This document shows positions 26,461 to 37,585 of a stretch of DNA of 64,000 nt, piece after piece. Both the position numbers and the translations under genes were made by a program. This stretch comes from an uncultured virus (IMG/VR IMGVR_UViG_3300032006_001851). Lineage: Duplodnaviria > Heunggongvirae > Uroviricota > Caudoviricetes. Position 1 is the stretch's first letter. Each line of letters starts with the position of its first letter. Where the stretch lies: IMG/VR virus record IMGVR_UViG_3300032006_001851. The stretch is one strand, 5' to 3'. The notes below the pieces were generated by a model, which was given only the letters and a program-made list of their open reading frames with translations, ran no database searches and had not been told where the DNA came from.

Positions 26461-29132
26461 TGGCAAACACTTCTGGACTAATAGGACTGGTAATGTTCGG
26501 CGGGGTGGAATTCGCCGGGGAAAATTCCCTATATCCCAGCGGCGTAAACAAAGAGTACGGATACTGGAGAAGCTCTCTACACAACTCTCTTAGATCTAAC
26601 TTTGACGAGTTATATTTTCCTTTTGAGGGTAGCGGTGTATCCGGTGGCTCGGCAGTAGTATACGATACAGTTAACAGCCAATCCTACACCGTTCAAGCTG
26701 GAGTAGGAGAATGGTTCAAGTCTGGGCAGCTAAGAACCAGATACGGGTCTGATGGAATTCAAGAGAGGGCTGTCTATCTATCCAAAGGAGGATATGTAGA
26801 CGCTGGCAGTGGAATTCCGTTACCGGCTGGCTTTACTGCTTACGCTAAGATTACCCCCAGTGGGGATATATCTAGCACGGTATTTATAGGGCAGCATAAG
26901 GTCGATCCAGCCAACATGGTTCTTGGTTGTAATTACGACGGCAAGTTTTATGTTAGAGCAGACTCTAGCGTTGAAGGCGTGAATGTTCCTAACTACGCTG
27001 TAAGTGAAAAAACTTTTACCGACTACGATTATCCGGCGCAGGTTGTGGGAGTTCTTAGTTCTGGAGATTCTCGATTAAGAATTTATGTTAACGGTAAGCA
27101 AGAAGGCATATCCGAGGAATTTGCCAGAACAAGACATAGATCTGAAAATACCAGAGTTTTCATAGGGAAAAGAGAATACCCTGTTGACGAGGGGCAATAC
27201 ACCGGCTGGATAGATGAGGTTGGGCTTAGTAGTAGGTCAATGGGTGCTAGCGGAATTAAGGATTGGCATGACGACAGATTTCGTTTAAGTAGATTTATTG
27301 ACGACAAGGTTCCGGCGGCGTTGCCAGAAGGGGCGGCTTCAACTGGAGAAATCAGCAAGTGTGCATGTGATAATATTTCCAATAGCATTCAAGCTGAAGT
27401 CACAGCCATAACGCTTCCAGAAGGGGGGACAAACAAGGGGTTGCTGGGAGAGAAATTTACATTAACATATGACGCCTCTGCTACCTACACAGACGCTGGC
27501 ACCAACACATATACCGGTGTCTGGGATTCTGGCACTGCGTCATTGGCTTGCGGGGGTACAGTCAGGCTAAGGCTTTACTGTGGAGCCAGCAGCAGATTTT
27601 ATCTGGCTCACGATTTTTCTTTCATGGATGCTGGAGAAGAATTAAGAACGAGTCAAGCATGTACCCCATTTAATGTTGTATTTGATGCCGCCGGAAATAC
27701 TTCTGGTGGTGGGGCTTGCGTAAGCGACGACGCGGCTGCTGAAATTCAAATAACCTTAACCGGAGCACCTGTCCAGCCCGGAGGCGTGGGTGGCGGCGGA
27801 TTTGGACCCGGTTTTTCTACAGTGGATAAGGAGTATGTTCAGTTTGTTGTAGAGTCTGGCAATGTTATGAACGCCAGAGGTGGAGCGTTTGATAAAGACC
27901 TGTGGGGACAAATTGATTATGCCGTTTCATCCCAGATCTCTATACCTAAACAAGATCTACCAGAGAATTTTTATCAGCTTCAAAACTTTGAAATAGATGC
28001 GTGGATAGAACACACCACCAACCACCATAGCGGAGTTTTATTAAGCACGGCTTTCGTGAGAAGGGGAGACACGGCGGCTAGTCAGCAGCTTCAAGACATC
28101 GGGTGGTATTCTCAACATATATCGGTTCCCTCTGGTTCAATACGGAAGGTAATATTCTCAGGAGTTCTTCCAGATAGTGTATATTCTTTAGACGGGAAGA
28201 CAACTTTTAGAGATGATTTCGAAGCCCATGACTTGAAGTTTATATTGTCCTACCCGCAGTCATCTCAGCCATACGATGCTGAGTTCAAAATATACTCTAC
28301 AAAAATGAGGTACAAGAGTTATGATAGCATCGTACAAGAGACTCAAGATGCTACATTATTTTCAATAGGGGCTGTGGCTACTGCTTCAAGTGGAATAATG
28401 AATCTCTTTGCTGAGTCTGACTATCCCGCAATGAGCCTTCCGTTATTCCTAAAAGCTAAACAGAACTTGAGTGGGTTGGGAGATACTGGTAATGTTGCCA
28501 TGTCTGGAGTGGCTTCAGTTACCACCAATAAAGCTATTGATTTATTTGTGCGTGGAGGAATCGACGAGGAAAGCATGAACCTATATACCCTCGCAAGAGG
28601 GGTTCCTCCTACGGCAAAATTTGCTACAAAAGATCTAATTATTGAGGGTGGTAAGGATCTTTATCCACAAAAATTTAAAATAATGCCGTTGTTTATTAAG
28701 GATCTTGTTTCTGGAAGTGGAACTCCGTCTGCGGAAATGATATTGACAATGCCAAAAGTTGGCAAGGGCATAATAGGAAGCCCAACAAGGTTGCTTTACA
28801 CCAAGGGCGTTATGCCTGATGTGGTAAATAATATTGAATTATATATGCGCGTTAAGGAATCTGGAATACGTATAGCCCCGCTGTTTATTGAGGGACCAGA
28901 AGTCTATGCGCCCAGTTCAGTTATGCAGATGTATCTTAAGGCTTACGATCCCACCTTTGCCGGTTCGTCTTATCTTGCTGGGACCAGTTATATGGACCAT
29001 ACAAATTCTGTAACCTTATTTATGCCATCTGGAGTGGGAACTACTACAAATTCAATGACATTATTTATGCCAAGTGGGCTGGGAACTAGTACTAATAATA
29101 TGACCCTATGGACTAGAGGTTATCAATCTTAG
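26460..29132 (+). CDS. Tail-tip-region protein with LamG/ConA-like domain, Cys-containing insert and C-terminal xLF/LYxxG repeats
   Basis: LamG pattern YFPFEG...LRIYVNG...FIG...YTGWIDEV. About 15 short repeats at the C-terminus. TAATG overlap with the tape measure gene. Confidence 0.65.
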   Translation: MANTSGLIGLVMFGGVEFAGENSLYPSGVNKEYGYWRSSLHNSLRSNFDELYFPFEGSGVSGGSAVVYDTVNSQSYTVQAGVGEWFKSGQLRTRYGSDGIQERAVYLSKGGYVDAGSGIPLPAGFTAYAKITPSGDISSTVFIGQHKVDPANMVLGCNYDGKFYVRADSSVEGVNVPNYAVSEKTFTDYDYPAQVVGVLSSGDSRLRIYVNGKQEGISEEFARTRHRSENTRVFIGKREYPVDEGQYTGWIDEVGLSSRSMGASGIKDWHDDRFRLSRFIDDKVPAALPEGAASTGEISKCACDNISNSIQAEVTAITLPEGGTNKGLLGEKFTLTYDASATYTDAGTNTYTGVWDSGTASLACGGTVRLRLYCGASSRFYLAHDFSFMDAGEELRTSQACTPFNVVFDAAGNTSGGGACVSDDAAAEIQITLTGAPVQPGGVGGGGFGPGFSTVDKEYVQFVVESGNVMNARGGAFDKDLWGQIDYAVSSQISIPKQDLPENFYQLQNFEIDAWIEHTTNHHSGVLLSTAFVRRGDTAASQQLQDIGWYSQHISVPSGSIRKVIFSGVLPDSVYSLDGKTTFRDDFEAHDLKFILSYPQSSQPYDAEFKIYSTKMRYKSYDSIVQETQDATLFSIGAVATASSGIMNLFAESDYPAMSLPLFLKAKQNLSGLGDTGNVAMSGVASVTTNKAIDLFVRGGIDEESMNLYTLARGVPPTAKFATKDLIIEGGKDLYPQKFKIMPLFIKDLVSGSGTPSAEMILTMPKVGKGIIGSPTRLLYTKGVMPDVVNNIELYMRVKESGIRIAPLFIEGPEVYAPSSVMQMYLKAYDPTFAGSSYLAGTSYMDHTNSVTLFMPSGVGTTTNSMTLFMPSGLGTSTNNMTLWTRGYQS

Positions 29133-29141
29133 AGGTGAACT

Positions 29142-31145
29142 ATGCCAGTTTCATATACAGACCGATCAGGGACTGAAAATTTCATTATCCCCGCGCCGTT
29201 AGTTAGCATAAGCAAGGCTTATGATTCTACTGGTGATGGTAATGTTATAGGAACCAGATATACCATAACTCTAACCGGCGTGCTAACAGCCGATAAAGGG
29301 TCTCCAACCAACACAGGCGCTTTTTATACTTCGTCTGTCGACACCCCATACAACCCGCCAGTTGACGATGAGGCGTGGTATAGGTCTATACAGCAAAAAC
29401 AGAAGGCTCTGTCTAATCTGTTTAGCCGGGAAAATGAAGGCGGTGAATTGCATCTATTGCCGCCAGAAGACGAGAGTGTTCAGGGGTTGAGATGTTTTCC
29501 TAGGATAGCCAGTATAGAATTTCCCGAACAAACTGGTGGAGCGCCCAATCTTTGTAATTACACAATACAGCTAGAAGCAGATAGACTGGTTGGATACGCT
29601 ACGGATAAAGATGGGCACCAAGCTTCGACGGAAGATTTTAAGTTTTTGGTGCAAAGTGCAGACGAGGCTTGGTCTATAGATGAAAACGAAGCCACCCAGT
29701 TAAGGGTAGAAGGTACGGGGGTGGTAGGAGCTTCACACCTTGCAGACCACACTAATTATAAAACTCTTTCTACAACTTATAAAACCTATGTTTTAACACA
29801 CACAATATCAGCAGTTGGTAAAAGAAGATATGACGAATCTACTACTACTGCTGGAGATTTAGCAGCAGATGGTTCTATAACAGGACATAGATCAGATGGT
29901 GTCGAGGATGGTGAAGCTTGGCAACAAGCAAGAGGGTATGTTTTAAATAAAATATCTAACTCTGGAAAAGCTACCAGAAGCGGAGGCTACCAAACCGAGG
30001 ACGGTGTTCTTTCAACAAATAAGCAGGGTTTTATAGATGTGGACGGCATAAATCTTCCTGCTTCCTACAAGGGATATGATTATAAAAGAGTCCAAAATAT
30101 AGATAAATCTGCTGGCTCATTTAATGTAACTGAAACATGGTTGCTTGTTGATTCAACCGTCTCTACCTTAGAGGGGACTGCTACTGGTGATGGGTTGGGG
30201 GAAAATCCAGTGGTGGAAACAATGGAGATATCGAAGAATGAGTCTAAGGAAGAAGGGGTAATTACTGTAGAGATAAATGGATCAATAGAGGGTCTGGCAA
30301 GAGAGTCTGATTGGGAGACCGATAGTGGAAAACCCCAGCACGATGCTGCCCAAGCAGCACAAACAACAATGGCTAAATATAAATTCGATCAGGCCAATCG
30401 AAGATTTAAATATTTAGCTCCATATCTGTATCAGATTGCACATAAGACTGTAGAGGCCGGGGGTGTTGATCCTGCTAATCAAATAGCGGCTTCACCAATT
30501 TTCACGAACACGTCTTTAAATCCCAGACCGGTAACTAAAAGCATAACCGTAAACAAGTCTGCGGGTACAATTAATTATTCTGTATCTTACGACAACAGAG
30601 CAACCGTATGTATACCGGGAGCATTGACAGAAACTATTACTGTTGAAGATACCCAGCCTCACCATATTTTTGCAGAAACACCTGTTATAGGGAGAAGGCG
30701 CGGTCCAGTATTTCAGGATATCAATACTCAATCTGCATGGAGAAGAACACTAACAATAGAAGTTCAGGTTTCTGGAATTCTGCATGGTTGTAATTGGACC
30801 ACTGCAATGAGAGGAAAACCTAGTCAGGTAACTTCTATACATGGAAACGCTGCGTATAATCAACAGGCTGCAATAAGAAGTATTATTAACACCCTATCTC
30901 CTGTTGGAACTATTGGCGTCGATAATGTTGCCGTTGGCCCCAGTGATCCCTTAGAAACTTGGGATCCAATTTCGGGTAGATATACTTATAGGTTAGAGTG
31001 GACATACGATCTATACGAGGGGGCTGGTACAAGGGGTGGCGCGCTTGGGCATAGTTATTTGGGCAATGTCGTATTTCAGTACCCAAGAACCGTTACCAAT
31101 GTTAACACAGGTCTTGGCACGACTCCTCCGGGTATGCCGTGGTAG
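29142..31145 (+). CDS. Putative distal tail/baseplate protein
   Basis: Beta-rich 667 aa downstream of the TMP, with recurring G.(F/I/Y).(Y/V)...(W/Y) strands. Function inferred from position. Confidence 0.5.
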   Translation: MPVSYTDRSGTENFIIPAPLVSISKAYDSTGDGNVIGTRYTITLTGVLTADKGSPTNTGAFYTSSVDTPYNPPVDDEAWYRSIQQKQKALSNLFSRENEGGELHLLPPEDESVQGLRCFPRIASIEFPEQTGGAPNLCNYTIQLEADRLVGYATDKDGHQASTEDFKFLVQSADEAWSIDENEATQLRVEGTGVVGASHLADHTNYKTLSTTYKTYVLTHTISAVGKRRYDESTTTAGDLAADGSITGHRSDGVEDGEAWQQARGYVLNKISNSGKATRSGGYQTEDGVLSTNKQGFIDVDGINLPASYKGYDYKRVQNIDKSAGSFNVTETWLLVDSTVSTLEGTATGDGLGENPVVETMEISKNESKEEGVITVEINGSIEGLARESDWETDSGKPQHDAAQAAQTTMAKYKFDQANRRFKYLAPYLYQIAHKTVEAGGVDPANQIAASPIFTNTSLNPRPVTKSITVNKSAGTINYSVSYDNRATVCIPGALTETITVEDTQPHHIFAETPVIGRRRGPVFQDINTQSAWRRTLTIEVQVSGILHGCNWTTAMRGKPSQVTSIHGNAAYNQQAAIRSIINTLSPVGTIGVDNVAVGPSDPLETWDPISGRYTYRLEWTYDLYEGAGTRGGALGHSYLGNVVFQYPRTVTNVNTGLGTTPPGMPW

Positions 31146-31162
31146 TATAAGGAAAATTTATA

Positions 31163-34100
31163 ATGGCAGAAATTCTTGGTCAACAAACTTTTATGGGGGC
31201 TTCCATAGTCAACTTCAATCTACAGTTGAAGTACGATTTAAATCCATCTGTACTGGACTTAAATTTAATTGTAGATAAAGATAACAAGGTTGATGCCCTC
31301 GGAAATCCAAGAGTGTATAATGCCGTTGACGAAGGATACCACGCATTTAAGACGGGGCATTTTCCAAACGGTCTTGTCGCCAGCGCCCTTGCTACTGCTG
31401 GGGGAATAGCAAACCTGTACCACAATTCAGGTGATTTTTTCTATACCGCTGAATTAGGATCTCCTGTTTGGTTTAACTATTATCGTTTTGATAAGAATCC
31501 CGCGACAGAAGTTGTCACCCTGTTTCCAACAGTGCCACAACATCCTTGGTATTTCAACGGACTATTATCAGCAATTCGTGAGGACCATTCAACACAGGGT
31601 GGTAGAATTATTAATGCTAGAATTGAAGACCCCAGAAAGATTCTAGCTGGAATGAAAGTTATTCTAGGTTCACATAATAGATGGACCGCTCCAGCAGATG
31701 GGTCTTATGGAGTAATAACCGACCCAATTAATAGACAATTCAGAGACGGACATGTCGGTTTTTATAATGTTCTAAACGTGTTTGGAATGATTGAGGAAAT
31801 TCAAGGATTTGGCTCCGCAGATAGAAACAAATCAGGTCTTGTTTGGTATGATCCGTTCCCCGGAAAAATGTCCTTCAGGAACATACTTGAAATTTTACAA
31901 GTAATGCTTATGGGTAAACCCGGACCCGCGTGGGAAGTTCACGGCAGGCATACTCCGGGGTTCCCCGTTTTCAGCGAACCCGCTGGCTATCAACCCCATC
32001 CATTTTGGAACGGGGATTATTTTACAACCGGCCAAGAGAGATTTGGCGGGCCTCCGTACTATGTAACCAATCTAACGAACACTCCCGATGGACCATTCAA
32101 TCCTGCCATAGCAGGCTTTGGAACCTCACCCCGCAGCGCATATAGATACAAGGTGGATCTCAGCGAGCTATCTCTCCTAACTGAAGGTCAACATCCTGAC
32201 GGACTTCTGGACTCTAATTTTAGAATTGGTGCCGAAGTTGTATCTCTTCTAGACCTGATAAGTCAAGTATGCAAGGCTGCAAATGCCGACTTTTATGTTG
32301 AGCTACTACCAGATGCCGCTCCGTGGCCACCGAACTTCCCCGCCGGGTTTGTGCCCGTGTATGGAGAAGGTGTTGCCGGTGTCATAAAAATTAAAGTTAT
32401 ACATAGGGTTCGGCCACCTGTGCCGGGACTACTCTTGCGTTATATCGAGTCCTCTAAAAGAGATCCGTTTGATATTCCAGATCCTCCGTTTGACCAATGG
32501 AGAGGAAGGATGGCGTCAAGCAAAATTGGATATGAGTTTGGTGATGAGATAATGGGCGCTATTCTTATTGGTGGCGCAAGAACAAGAGTTATCGGAGTTA
32601 GTGATCTAGGTGCAGATAGGTTAAGGGGTGAATATGTTTCCCCTCTTGATCCAACCGATATCTTGAGAGAATGGACTCAGTTTGATGGAGTAAGGGGTCC
32701 ACAGATTGTTGGCCCTCCAGCATTTGTAGACTCCAATAAGTTTTCGAAGGATGCTGCTGTTCCCGCTATGCCACCAGCGACGTTAAATCCGCTACCCCTA
32801 GGAAGAAAAATTGCCGACAAGGTTCCCGCTAACGGGGCTGTTGCGGATGTAGCTTCAGAACAAGATGACTACAGAAATGATATCTGGGATGTGGCTCCGA
32901 ATAACATGCCCGCCGATATGCGGATGACTGTTCCTACCGGCCTTGGCGGATCAAATGTAAATGCCAATGTACCCCTTGGCGACGATAAGATAGATTTGTT
33001 TCCGGCTTTTGGTTTAACTGAAAGGGAAGATTATTGTTGGCATATAGCCCAAGAACATCCTTGTAATGCTATAATAGGTTGCTCTTGGGATGTCCCGCAA
33101 GCTCCAGCCGCGCCTAGCTGTAAGCAAACCGTAAACCTCCCTCTAGAGGGACAACCAAATATAGGCTTCTTCAATGCTGATGAGCCTATGAAAGATTTTA
33201 ATCCGCCCAACCAAGCCAATATAACTGATCGCAAAGCTGGGTTACTGTATACGGTACAATGGGTGACGCCGAACTGTGACGTAATCCCCGGCCCGAATCT
33301 CCCCGGCACACCCTTGCCCCTCTTCCCCGGTGGAATATATAACGAGGCAAATTGTCCCGGTGAAGACGAATGGAAGGGCGGGCCGGGAGAACCAAAACCA
33401 AATCACACCCGGCCAAGAATCAGGAGAGAGGGTGAAGGATGTGTGAACAATGCCAACCAAAGAATGATTCCGGCTGTTTCCCAAGATGAATGCTTGTGTG
33501 GGTATTGTTCCGATCCCGGTGGCGGTGTACTTGCCCATGTGAACCGAAAAGCTTGTGAAGATGACGTAGCCAACGGTGGGGCATGGACAATTGGAATATG
33601 GGATGTTGCTGCTGGGAATTGTAGTGTAGGAGATCCCACCGATAATTTTTGGGGTGGTGGTGGCGGAACTCCTGTTAATCCGCAAACCGCTATTATAGAA
33701 ATAGATATGGTTGATGTAACCGTTCCTAATGTTGCGGGATCGAGGATATTGTATAATGGTGGAGATACTATTAACGGCCAGTTTCCGAAACGCAAACACC
33801 TTTACAAAACTACGGTGACAGAGCTAAGAGCGGCAGCGGTTAGTAAGGACAGTTGGATAAGTTACATTACTAATTTTAACCCACGCTTGGTGGAGTTAAT
33901 GGGATGGGATGGTCACATGGCGTTGGAGGGAATCTTTAAGACAATATATAATGTTGACGCCATGGGTGTTGAAGTAGACGTAGCGGGCAAGGGTGGTGTT
34001 TCAGCATCGCAAGTTTCTGAGTTTGAACGGATTCAAACTGATGCCGATCCGACAAGAGCGGTTCCCGTTGGGCCTGCCGGTCTCTCACAGCCAGATGTTG

Positions 34101-35641
34101 ATGCTGCATATAGTTTAACTGGCGCCGCAGCTGGCATGTTGAGCGTGAAAAATTCCCGTGCTCAAAAATTTAGAGCAGATCGTGCAGACTATATTAGCCC
34201 GCTCACGTCTAAAGGTGTAGAAATGGAAACCTTTTATGAAAAAATTAGAGACATTGCAACTAATTGGTATGGTAAAAAATACTTAATGCCCCTTCCTTTT
34301 GATCCAGAGATTATAGATCAGCATATAAGAGAGATCAAAATTCCCGGTGCAGCATCGGCATCTATAGCTAGCAAGCCAAGCTTTGAACTAGACTGGGATA
34401 TTACCGGTGCCGGATGGATAGATGTGGATATGAAATCAGGCGGCGGCAAGAATGGGAATTTGGTTTACCCGCAAAACTTTGAGTTTTATGATGATGATGG
34501 AAAGCTCCAGCCATTCTTCACTTACCCCACGTTGTTTCAAAGCATTAACAGAGACGGCAATGTTACATTAGAGCATGTCGACCACACTCTAGTAGACAAG
34601 AAAACAAAGCATATTACCTTGCCTTCAAATCACAGGGGGTATAATGCGGGTAATGGAGGAAAGGTATTTGTTAGAGCTTCCGTAGATCCTAAAACTTATT
34701 GGCTTTGGGAGCCTCAAGCGGGAGTTCAGTTTGACGTTGATGGAAATTTTGTGGATGCCGTACATGGTGGTGGGGAGGAATGGTTTTTACAGAAGGTTGA
34801 TACAGAAGGTTCCGCCAACGCCGCCGCAGGATTTGTACTTGCTGATGGAGATACCGGTCCTGTTCCATTGAGATTAAAGCCGTATGCGTTATTAACACTT
34901 GAACAAGGTCCGGTTAATTATCATGGGGGCTTAAAAGCGGGTGCCGGTGACCCTTTGAAAAACGATAGTTTGATAGCGCAAAGAGAGCTATTGGCAATAT
35001 TAGAGTTCTTATTCCCCACGGGGGTTGTTAAATGGGGAGATACATATAGGCCGGGGGCGGAATGGATCAAGGCCGGATTAGCCGCCGCTGCCTTCAAGCC
35101 CTATCAAGCAGCCGTACCGCAAATAAGCAACAGGGAATCTTGGGGGCCGTGGGGTGGAGGCATTAGCTTTGGAAAAGTGGAGGTTAAAAAAGATGATAAT
35201 CTGACTCCAGAAAATGCTGGTAGCATGTCCGCTTTAAATAAATCGGCAAAATCCCAATTGAGAAAAACCCTAGTATCTCAGCAGATAGCCGAAACAGGGT
35301 CCGTGGAATTGGTTGGTGGTCCACACTATTTTGCGGGAAGACCTATAGTAGTCTTTGGGGTGCTGCTAGGGCCATATATTACTGGTATTACTGTAGACAT
35401 AGGAGCTACGTCTGCGGTAACTACGACCTATACAATGAGTAGTTGGATTCCTGAACTTCCCGGCGGGGCTGGTCCACGAGAAGAAGGAGAAGCAGCTAAG
35501 GGATATTCAGAGGCTCGCAAACTCATTGAAGAGACGAGACAGACTACAAGTGATATATTAAAACAACTGAATAAGCCGAAACCATCGCCGCCACCACCAT
35601 CGTGGAGTCAAGACTTTCAATCTGGCTCATGGCGAATGTAA
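31163..35641 (+). CDS. Putative baseplate hub/tail-tip protein with Pro- and Cys-rich inserts
   Basis: Hub-like SLLDLISQVC.AA..DFYVEL and a C-terminal GPYITGITVDIG..VTTTY. Position in the tail-tip block. Confidence 0.5.
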   Translation: MAEILGQQTFMGASIVNFNLQLKYDLNPSVLDLNLIVDKDNKVDALGNPRVYNAVDEGYHAFKTGHFPNGLVASALATAGGIANLYHNSGDFFYTAELGSPVWFNYYRFDKNPATEVVTLFPTVPQHPWYFNGLLSAIREDHSTQGGRIINARIEDPRKILAGMKVILGSHNRWTAPADGSYGVITDPINRQFRDGHVGFYNVLNVFGMIEEIQGFGSADRNKSGLVWYDPFPGKMSFRNILEILQVMLMGKPGPAWEVHGRHTPGFPVFSEPAGYQPHPFWNGDYFTTGQERFGGPPYYVTNLTNTPDGPFNPAIAGFGTSPRSAYRYKVDLSELSLLTEGQHPDGLLDSNFRIGAEVVSLLDLISQVCKAANADFYVELLPDAAPWPPNFPAGFVPVYGEGVAGVIKIKVIHRVRPPVPGLLLRYIESSKRDPFDIPDPPFDQWRGRMASSKIGYEFGDEIMGAILIGGARTRVIGVSDLGADRLRGEYVSPLDPTDILREWTQFDGVRGPQIVGPPAFVDSNKFSKDAAVPAMPPATLNPLPLGRKIADKVPANGAVADVASEQDDYRNDIWDVAPNNMPADMRMTVPTGLGGSNVNANVPLGDDKIDLFPAFGLTEREDYCWHIAQEHPCNAIIGCSWDVPQAPAAPSCKQTVNLPLEGQPNIGFFNADEPMKDFNPPNQANITDRKAGLLYTVQWVTPNCDVIPGPNLPGTPLPLFPGGIYNEANCPGEDEWKGGPGEPKPNHTRPRIRREGEGCVNNANQRMIPAVSQDECLCGYCSDPGGGVLAHVNRKACEDDVANGGAWTIGIWDVAAGNCSVGDPTDNFWGGGGGTPVNPQTAIIEIDMVDVTVPNVAGSRILYNGGDTINGQFPKRKHLYKTTVTELRAAAVSKDSWISYITNFNPRLVELMGWDGHMALEGIFKTIYNVDAMGVEVDVAGKGGVSASQVSEFERIQTDADPTRAVPVGPAGLSQPDVDAAYSLTGAAAGMLSVKNSRAQKFRADRADYISPLTSKGVEMETFYEKIRDIATNWYGKKYLMPLPFDPEIIDQHIREIKIPGAASASIASKPSFELDWDITGAGWIDVDMKSGGGKNGNLVYPQNFEFYDDDGKLQPFFTYPTLFQSINRDGNVTLEHVDHTLVDKKTKHITLPSNHRGYNAGNGGKVFVRASVDPKTYWLWEPQAGVQFDVDGNFVDAVHGGGEEWFLQKVDTEGSANAAAGFVLADGDTGPVPLRLKPYALLTLEQGPVNYHGGLKAGAGDPLKNDSLIAQRELLAILEFLFPTGVVKWGDTYRPGAEWIKAGLAAAAFKPYQAAVPQISNRESWGPWGGGISFGKVEVKKDDNLTPENAGSMSALNKSAKSQLRKTLVSQQIAETGSVELVGGPHYFAGRPIVVFGVLLGPYITGITVDIGATSAVTTTYTMSSWIPELPGGAGPREEGEAAKGYSEARKLIEETRQTTSDILKQLNKPKPSPPPPSWSQDFQSGSWRM

Positions 35642-35665
35642 ACATATAACAACTGGAGTTTTAAG

Positions 35666-37567
35666 ATGGCATTTTTTAAAGAAGGAAAATCTCACGATAT
35701 ATTTACAGGGTATCTAGGTATTAATACCCCAGAACATATAAGAGACTGGGATAATAGACCCGTTACGGGTCAGTGCCAAGATTCCAACGGGAGTATAGTC
35801 CCTGCTATAAAGAATTACCACGAGTGTGTTCAAACCAAGGATAGTGGCGGGTCTCTTTGCAGGTGGTTATCATATCCAGATTCCAGAACTGTAAATATTC
35901 TTTCCCAAGAAATAGATGGATGGATGGGGCAGGTGAGAGAAGATACGTGGTCGGCTTTTTCCATGACAAGCATGGATGGATTACTGACACCCTTCGCTAC
36001 AGATTTTTATGGCTACTGTAGAGATCCCATTACCCTAAAGAAAAAGCCAGAACATAGGACTGCTGCCCCTTGTATAGCCGCCAATCAAGAATGGTTTGGG
36101 GCAGATTTTAAATTCGGGGTTTCAACATTCGAAGCTCCAGAAGGCGTTGATTACGGCATGGCTGGTTCTGGAGTCGTAACTTCTGTAACATTAAATCCGT
36201 TTGCCTCTGGTCACAGCGTTGCAGCCTTGAGCAGCAATGCAAAACTTTCTGATCGAGGAACGATTATTAATAAGAAGGGGTACTCTGAAGCTTCTCAATC
36301 ATTGACCGGAATTCATAGTGGTGGCGGTGCAGCCAGTAGGCCAGTAGGACTAAGAGGTCCAATGGTTCTTGTCGGTTGGGGTTATGATACCGAAGGTAAG
36401 CCCGTGCCAAATGCACATTTTGATGCTGATTCTCGTGATAGTGATGGGGTGCCAATTAACCTCCCCGGCCACTGTGTGGATTCCGCAGGAAATACATCTA
36501 CGGGAGAAACCAACCAAGAGGATTGCGAGACCGCAGGCAAGAGGTGGGATGGAGTTCCCACTCGCAAGGCAGCAAAAGATAACTTCTATTTCAACCATCT
36601 AAAAAGACCGGATAAGTGGAAAGCTGGTCCGATAGATCTGAGATGGGATAGGCAGAGAAAGGTCTGGACAGCAGCCGGTGGTGGTGGTGGTGGAGGAACG
36701 GATATGTTTCTATGTAAGGCTACGAGATGCATAATGCCCAAAGCCGGTATCGACGGGAAAAACTCTTTCAACTTTGGTATACTTGATAGCGTAGCCTCTC
36801 CCGGTAGACTGTATAGAAACCCTTGTTCAAGTGAGGATTGTTCGTTTGGGAGCTATTTTCCATCTTCTAAAATGTATCCAGATATTCATATATACGATCC
36901 AGAGGATTATGAATGGTGTGGAAATTGCGAAGTAAAAATAGATCCAGATACAAGCGCCTACTATGTTAACTGCCAAAATTTCACAACGGCATGTGTTCCA
37001 TTTTATGATGCTGTCGTGCTTAGGAAGTTTGCTCATAGCGTTAGAAAGACTGCTTCAGACTGCGGAGATAAATTAAACAAGGTAAGTAGGGGAGACCCTC
37101 AAGCCAGAAGAATGGGAGATCCATGTCACGAGTTTGGCAACACTATAACAGGGCCACCCGGAGAAAGCCACCCGGTGGGTGCGGCGGGTCTTCCTGATGA
37201 AGCTATATCTTTGCTATATCAAAGAGTGCTTATTGAGAACCCATTAAATCAGGGGTTGATGATGGGGGATAGTTTTATAAGTGCAGACACAGGAAGAAAA
37301 GCTGTTATAACATACGCAAAAAAGAAGGCCGGAACTGGAACAAATATGTGTACTGGAGAAGGTGCTACCGCAGAGACTGTGTCAGAATCCCTTCCAATAC
37401 ATATAATATTACAGGCAGAGTTTGTTGGACAAGAGGTCATAACCATGATGGGTTGTGAGCAGGGAGAGACCACTGCTTGTAGCAAGAAAATATTTATTCA
37501 AGGGTTTACTACCCTAGAGGACTGTGGTCCAAACGATGATTACCCAACAACAGCTATAACATATTAA
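35666..37567 (+). CDS. Cys-rich tail-tip protein
   Basis: 633 aa with ggag SD. Shares the CxDxxG...C...W module with both neighbours. Confidence 0.5.
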   Translation: MAFFKEGKSHDIFTGYLGINTPEHIRDWDNRPVTGQCQDSNGSIVPAIKNYHECVQTKDSGGSLCRWLSYPDSRTVNILSQEIDGWMGQVREDTWSAFSMTSMDGLLTPFATDFYGYCRDPITLKKKPEHRTAAPCIAANQEWFGADFKFGVSTFEAPEGVDYGMAGSGVVTSVTLNPFASGHSVAALSSNAKLSDRGTIINKKGYSEASQSLTGIHSGGGAASRPVGLRGPMVLVGWGYDTEGKPVPNAHFDADSRDSDGVPINLPGHCVDSAGNTSTGETNQEDCETAGKRWDGVPTRKAAKDNFYFNHLKRPDKWKAGPIDLRWDRQRKVWTAAGGGGGGGTDMFLCKATRCIMPKAGIDGKNSFNFGILDSVASPGRLYRNPCSSEDCSFGSYFPSSKMYPDIHIYDPEDYEWCGNCEVKIDPDTSAYYVNCQNFTTACVPFYDAVVLRKFAHSVRKTASDCGDKLNKVSRGDPQARRMGDPCHEFGNTITGPPGESHPVGAAGLPDEAISLLYQRVLIENPLNQGLMMGDSFISADTGRKAVITYAKKKAGTGTNMCTGEGATAETVSESLPIHIILQAEFVGQEVITMMGCEQGETTACSKKIFIQGFTTLEDCGPNDDYPTTAITY

Positions 37568-37585
37568 GATCCTAGGAAGGTTTCG

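Noticed and set aside
31313..31321. GTGTATAAT as a third promoter copy
   Set aside because: Only a partial match, and it lies inside a coding region (RVYNA).
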